Assembly: GCA_048882325.1 (NCBI GenBank)
Contig: JBHLRS010000008.1
Location: 2,056 to 66,055, forward strand
Reading direction: 5' to 3'
From: Candidatus Thorarchaeota archaeon
GTDB taxonomy: Archaea > Asgardarchaeota > Thorarchaeia > Thorarchaeales > Thorarchaeaceae
Length of the DNA stretch: 64,000 bases
The position numbers and the translations under genes are program-made. The notes beneath the pieces were generated by a model, which saw only the letters and a program-made list of their open reading frames with translations, searched no databases and had not been told where the DNA came from. Within the stretch, counting starts at the first letter, position 1. The number at the start of each line of letters is the position of its first letter. Of this stretch, positions 61,174-64,000 are shown one piece after another.

Positions 61174-61833
61174 ATGAATGAAACTATGAGCCTTGCTGAA
61201 AGCGTGTTCAATATGGTGCAAGCAGTTCGCGCAGGTGAGATTGATCCGCTGGAAATGCGATTGACTCAGGCATACAAGAACCTCCAGGAACTGGTTGCCA
61301 AGATTGACAGGCGGATTGACATAGACGAGATGTTAAACGAGATTCTTAGTACAAAGGTGGATCGAGTGCAGGAGCTTGCACGTATTCTTGCTGCACCTGA
61401 ACTATATGTCAGCCGACTCAAGGATATCTCAATGAGAAACCTCGCAAAACTCGTGACACCGAAGCAACCTGTCGTTATCGGACATCTTGATCACGAATCA
61501 CTTGATGATGCCCTCAACCGAGTGGTGACATTAATCGATGCAATGCAGAGAGAGCCTCCTGAAGACGAGGTCCCGAAGATAGCAGAACTTCCCAATGGTT
61601 TTACACTCGATACAGAAGACTCCGTGTTTTTAGAGGACCTAGACAGTTTTCTTGCTACAATCCCAAATGGCGACAGAACAGAGTTTGATGACCTTGTGAT
61701 GAATGAAGAGCTCGATCTTTTTCTGAAACATTTCCTTTACGTGGTCATCCTAGTTTCAAAGGGAAGACTGAACTATGACCCAGAAACTCGCGAAGTCTGG
61801 AGACCCTCAGTCTCCGAGATTGATATGACATAA
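61174..61833 (+). CDS. Kleisin (ScpA/Nse4-like) partner of the SMC
   Basis: N-terminal VRAGEIDPLEMRL, C-terminal FLYVVILVSKGRL winged-helix-like; ATG 61174 behind GAGG, 13 nt after the smc stop. Confidence 0.7.
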   Translation: MNETMSLAESVFNMVQAVRAGEIDPLEMRLTQAYKNLQELVAKIDRRIDIDEMLNEILSTKVDRVQELARILAAPELYVSRLKDISMRNLAKLVTPKQPVVIGHLDHESLDDALNRVVTLIDAMQREPPEDEVPKIAELPNGFTLDTEDSVFLEDLDSFLATIPNGDRTEFDDLVMNEELDLFLKHFLYVVILVSKGRLNYDPETREVWRPSVSEIDMT

Positions 61834-61856
61834 AAAAAGGAGGTCTGCTTGATTTC

Positions 61857-63197
61857 TCAAGCAGGAACCTCGACTAGGAACTCTTGTGAAATATCTGACT
61901 CTTCATCAACTGGTTTTGATAAACCTGCGTGAAGATTCAGTTTGGAAACAACTATGAAACCTAGGAGTGAAACTAGTACAAGTACGAGAGCTGCGCTTGT
62001 CATAGGGGGTCCTGTTGCTGCGACAGTCTCCGCCCAGACTCCGCCAATAGTCATTCCAACAACTTGCAGAGCAGTAAAGACTAAACTTAGGAGTGAGAAG
62101 ACACGTCCTCGAAGTTCATCCTCAACAAGCTCTTGCATGAGTACGTTAAGGGGAATAATCAGAACTACATCCACTGCACCAATAATTGCCCAAGGTAGCA
62201 TAACTGTCACAAAGTCAAATGCAAGGACAAGTCCCAAGATCGCAATACCAGCCAAAAATTCTGCAAATACTACCAGATAGAGAGGTCTATCGATCTCTCT
62301 CTTGCGACTGAAGTAGACTGCCGCAGTGGCTCCTGAAGCAGCTCCTGCACTCAACACAAGACCGACCTGGACTGAACCCAAACCAAGCTCACCCTCTAGG
62401 TATGGCATGAGCAGAGCGTTCAAAATACCCGATGACACTGCAAGGAGCATTGCAAAGACAAAGAGGAATGACAGAATCGAATTTCCAATGACGTAGCGAC
62501 CGCCTTGCTTTATCTGTGCCATCAAGGACTCCTTGTCATCTAGATCTCTATTCGGGATGAGATTAGTCCTGATTCCACGAAGTGCAAGTGCAGAGAAAAG
62601 GAAAGTTGCAGAGTTAATGGCGAACGCGAGGAAATAATCTGGGGCAAGGAGTGCAACGAGAATTCCACCGATTGGAGGGACTACCAACTGAACAACTTGG
62701 AATGTCATCTGAGAGAGAGAGTTCGCTGCTACTAACTCATCACCTTCTACGAGATTGGGGATTGCTGCACTCCTTGCAGGAAAGAACCATGCATTTGCAG
62801 TAGCATAGAGAAATGTGAGTAAGTAAACCCAATAGATTGTTGGCATAGATGTGGGGAAATAAATTGTGAGAGGAATGAGTAGAATTGTGATTGCTCGTAC
62901 TACATCTGATGCAACCATGATCTTCTTGCGGTTCCATTGATCAATATAGACACCAATGGGACCAGCAAAAACAACAACAGGTAATGTCTGAGCAATGGCA
63001 AGAAGCGCCATGGATATGGCAGAGCCTGTTAGGTCGTAGGCATAAAACATGAGAGCAAGATATGCAATCGCTGTTCCAATGTTAGATACTAGTTGACCAG
63101 ACCAGAGCAATGAGAAGTCACGATGAGCTAGAACTGCTCTGAATCCTTTCGGATCATCGTGACTTTCACTTTGAAGTTCTGTGACGACTTCGGTCAT
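61857..63197 (-). CDS. MFS transporter, DHA3/macrolide-efflux-like
   Basis: FSLLWSGQLVSNIG, GVYIDQWNRKKIM, PARSAAIP, ELRGRVFS; about 12 TM. Confidence 0.9.
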   Translation of the reverse strand: MTEVVTELQSESHDDPKGFRAVLAHRDFSLLWSGQLVSNIGTAIAYLALMFYAYDLTGSAISMALLAIAQTLPVVVFAGPIGVYIDQWNRKKIMVASDVVRAITILLIPLTIYFPTSMPTIYWVYLLTFLYATANAWFFPARSAAIPNLVEGDELVAANSLSQMTFQVVQLVVPPIGGILVALLAPDYFLAFAINSATFLFSALALRGIRTNLIPNRDLDDKESLMAQIKQGGRYVIGNSILSFLFVFAMLLAVSSGILNALLMPYLEGELGLGSVQVGLVLSAGAASGATAAVYFSRKREIDRPLYLVVFAEFLAGIAILGLVLAFDFVTVMLPWAIIGAVDVVLIIPLNVLMQELVEDELRGRVFSLLSLVFTALQVVGMTIGGVWAETVAATGPPMTSAALVLVLVSLLGFIVVSKLNLHAGLSKPVDEESDISQEFLVEVPA

Positions 63198-63202
63198 TCA
63201 GT

Positions 63203-63301
63203 TTATCTCCGGAAGTAAGCACGGGCCACTGCATCAGTGGAAACGACATTCCTTGTCTTCTTCCAAACTCGAGGAGTTCCATTGATCTTTGCAAGTGCCA
63301 T
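63203..63301 (-). CDS. Small peptide 2 (32 aa) MALAKINGTPRVWKKTRNVVSTDAVARAYFRR
   Basis: ATG 63301 to TAA 63203; preceded by GGAGG inside the end of peptide 1; homologous to peptide 1. Confidence 0.8.
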   Translation of the reverse strand: MALAKINGTPRVWKKTRNVVSTDAVARAYFRR

Positions 63302-63306
63302 TCGAT

Positions 63307-63408
63307 TTACCTCCGATAGGTGTACGCATGAGTAATGGCATCGGTGGAGACCATTGCCTTGTTGTTCTTCAGCACAGATTTAGTTCCTGAGTTAGTTGTT
63401 AAAGCCAT
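63307..63408 (-). CDS. Small peptide 1 (33 aa) MALTTNSGTKSVLKNNKAMVSTDAITHAYTYRR
   Basis: ATG 63408 to TAA 63307; 16 of 33 positions identical to peptide 2; TATA-like box upstream. Confidence 0.8.
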   Translation of the reverse strand: MALTTNSGTKSVLKNNKAMVSTDAITHAYTYRR

Positions 63409-63440
63409 GATATTTCACAAAAATCACTGCTCAGATTTAG

Positions 63441-63448
63441 TATATATA
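63441..63448. promoter_or_regulatory. TATA-box candidate for the peptide-peptide-MFS unit (or the divergent gene)
   Basis: TATATATA 33-40 nt upstream of the peptide-1 ATG. Confidence 0.5.
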
Positions 63449-63524
63449 GCGGAGCCACTTCATAGGGTCACAGAAAGAAGTCACATATTGTTACTACTCA
63501 TAGGAAGCAGGTGGTAGAAAAATC

Positions 63525-64000
63525 ATGACGAAGTCGATACTAATTGATGAGAAGACCTTGCAAGTATTTGCTCACTTTGAAGAGTTCTACTTCAATGCGT
63601 TTGGTCAACAGAAAGTACCAAACCCTGCTTACAAGAATAGACTCTCCAAGTTCTTCGAGATTATCAAAGAGAATCACAGCGAAGAGGAACTGGTTGTTGG
63701 ACCAATAACAAGGGAAAACCTGGGAGATGCTTTATGTTTAGTTATATTGACAAGAATTCACGCTTTTTCAGAGGATGAACTGAGGGCGACAGTCGATTTC
63801 CTGCAAAACCCAGAACACAGTCTCCTGTTAATGTCTAATCATAATCCGTTTGAGATGCACGATAACGAACTTACAAGCAAGTTGGGAATATCACTGACAG
63901 GAGGATACTACAGTGGTGAAAGAGGAGTGTATACAGAGATCAGTGAAGATTGCATGACACATCATCCGATAATCGAAGGAGAAGAGTCTGAGAAACCAAT
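63525..64000 (+). CDS. Partial hypothetical protein, possibly DUF4350/GATase-like fold
   Basis: Open frame from ATG 63525 to the window end: MTKSILIDEK...LVILTRIHAFSEDELRATVDFL...SLLLMSNH...KLGI...HHPII. Confidence 0.6.
   Translation, partial: MTKSILIDEKTLQVFAHFEEFYFNAFGQQKVPNPAYKNRLSKFFEIIKENHSEEELVVGPITRENLGDALCLVILTRIHAFSEDELRATVDFLQNPEHSLLLMSNHNPFEMHDNELTSKLGISLTGGYYSGERGVYTEISEDCMTHHPIIEGEESEKP

Noticed and set aside
56652-61833. Wadjet/MksBEFG defence system
   Set aside because: No JetD/MksG TOPRIM nuclease or kite gene; SMC motifs and gene order do not match
63335-63517. 60-aa plus-strand ORF from the track
   Set aside because: Antisense to peptide 1 and spans the promoter; the minus-strand peptides have far better support

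Overview
Gene-dense archaeal chromosomal window. Archaeal S17e, thermosome, ATP-dependent ligase, the HMGCS-thiolase-DUF35 operon and longin-like domains on large surface proteins point to an Asgard archaeon, probably Thorarchaeia-like (inference). From left to right it contains: three tandem paralogous giant surface proteins, the two complete ones single-pass with cytoplasmic longin-like tails; pterin genes (FolE2/MptA and a PTPS-III-type protein), DNA ligase, S17e and an orphan DNA methyltransferase; a partial TCA operon (OFOR alpha/beta, fumC, sdhAB without anchors) preceded by a rubredoxin-fused alpha-hydroxy-acid dehydrogenase; thermosome and TrxB; several apparent pseudoenzymes; the mevalonate entry operon; a PPAT-DUF359 CoA-synthesis fusion; a HydABC/Bfu-like plus NfnAB electron-bifurcation operon; MoxR-vWA; a coupled pseudo-AAA / SMC5/6-like / kleisin operon; and an MFS exporter. 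The most unexpected signal is not in the ORF track: two homologous 32-33 aa peptide genes (63203-63408, minus strand) arranged as a Shine-Dalgarno-coupled cascade directly upstream of the MFS gene. No rRNA, tRNA, CRISPR array or transposase was recognised. All family assignments are by motif reading only; no searches were run.
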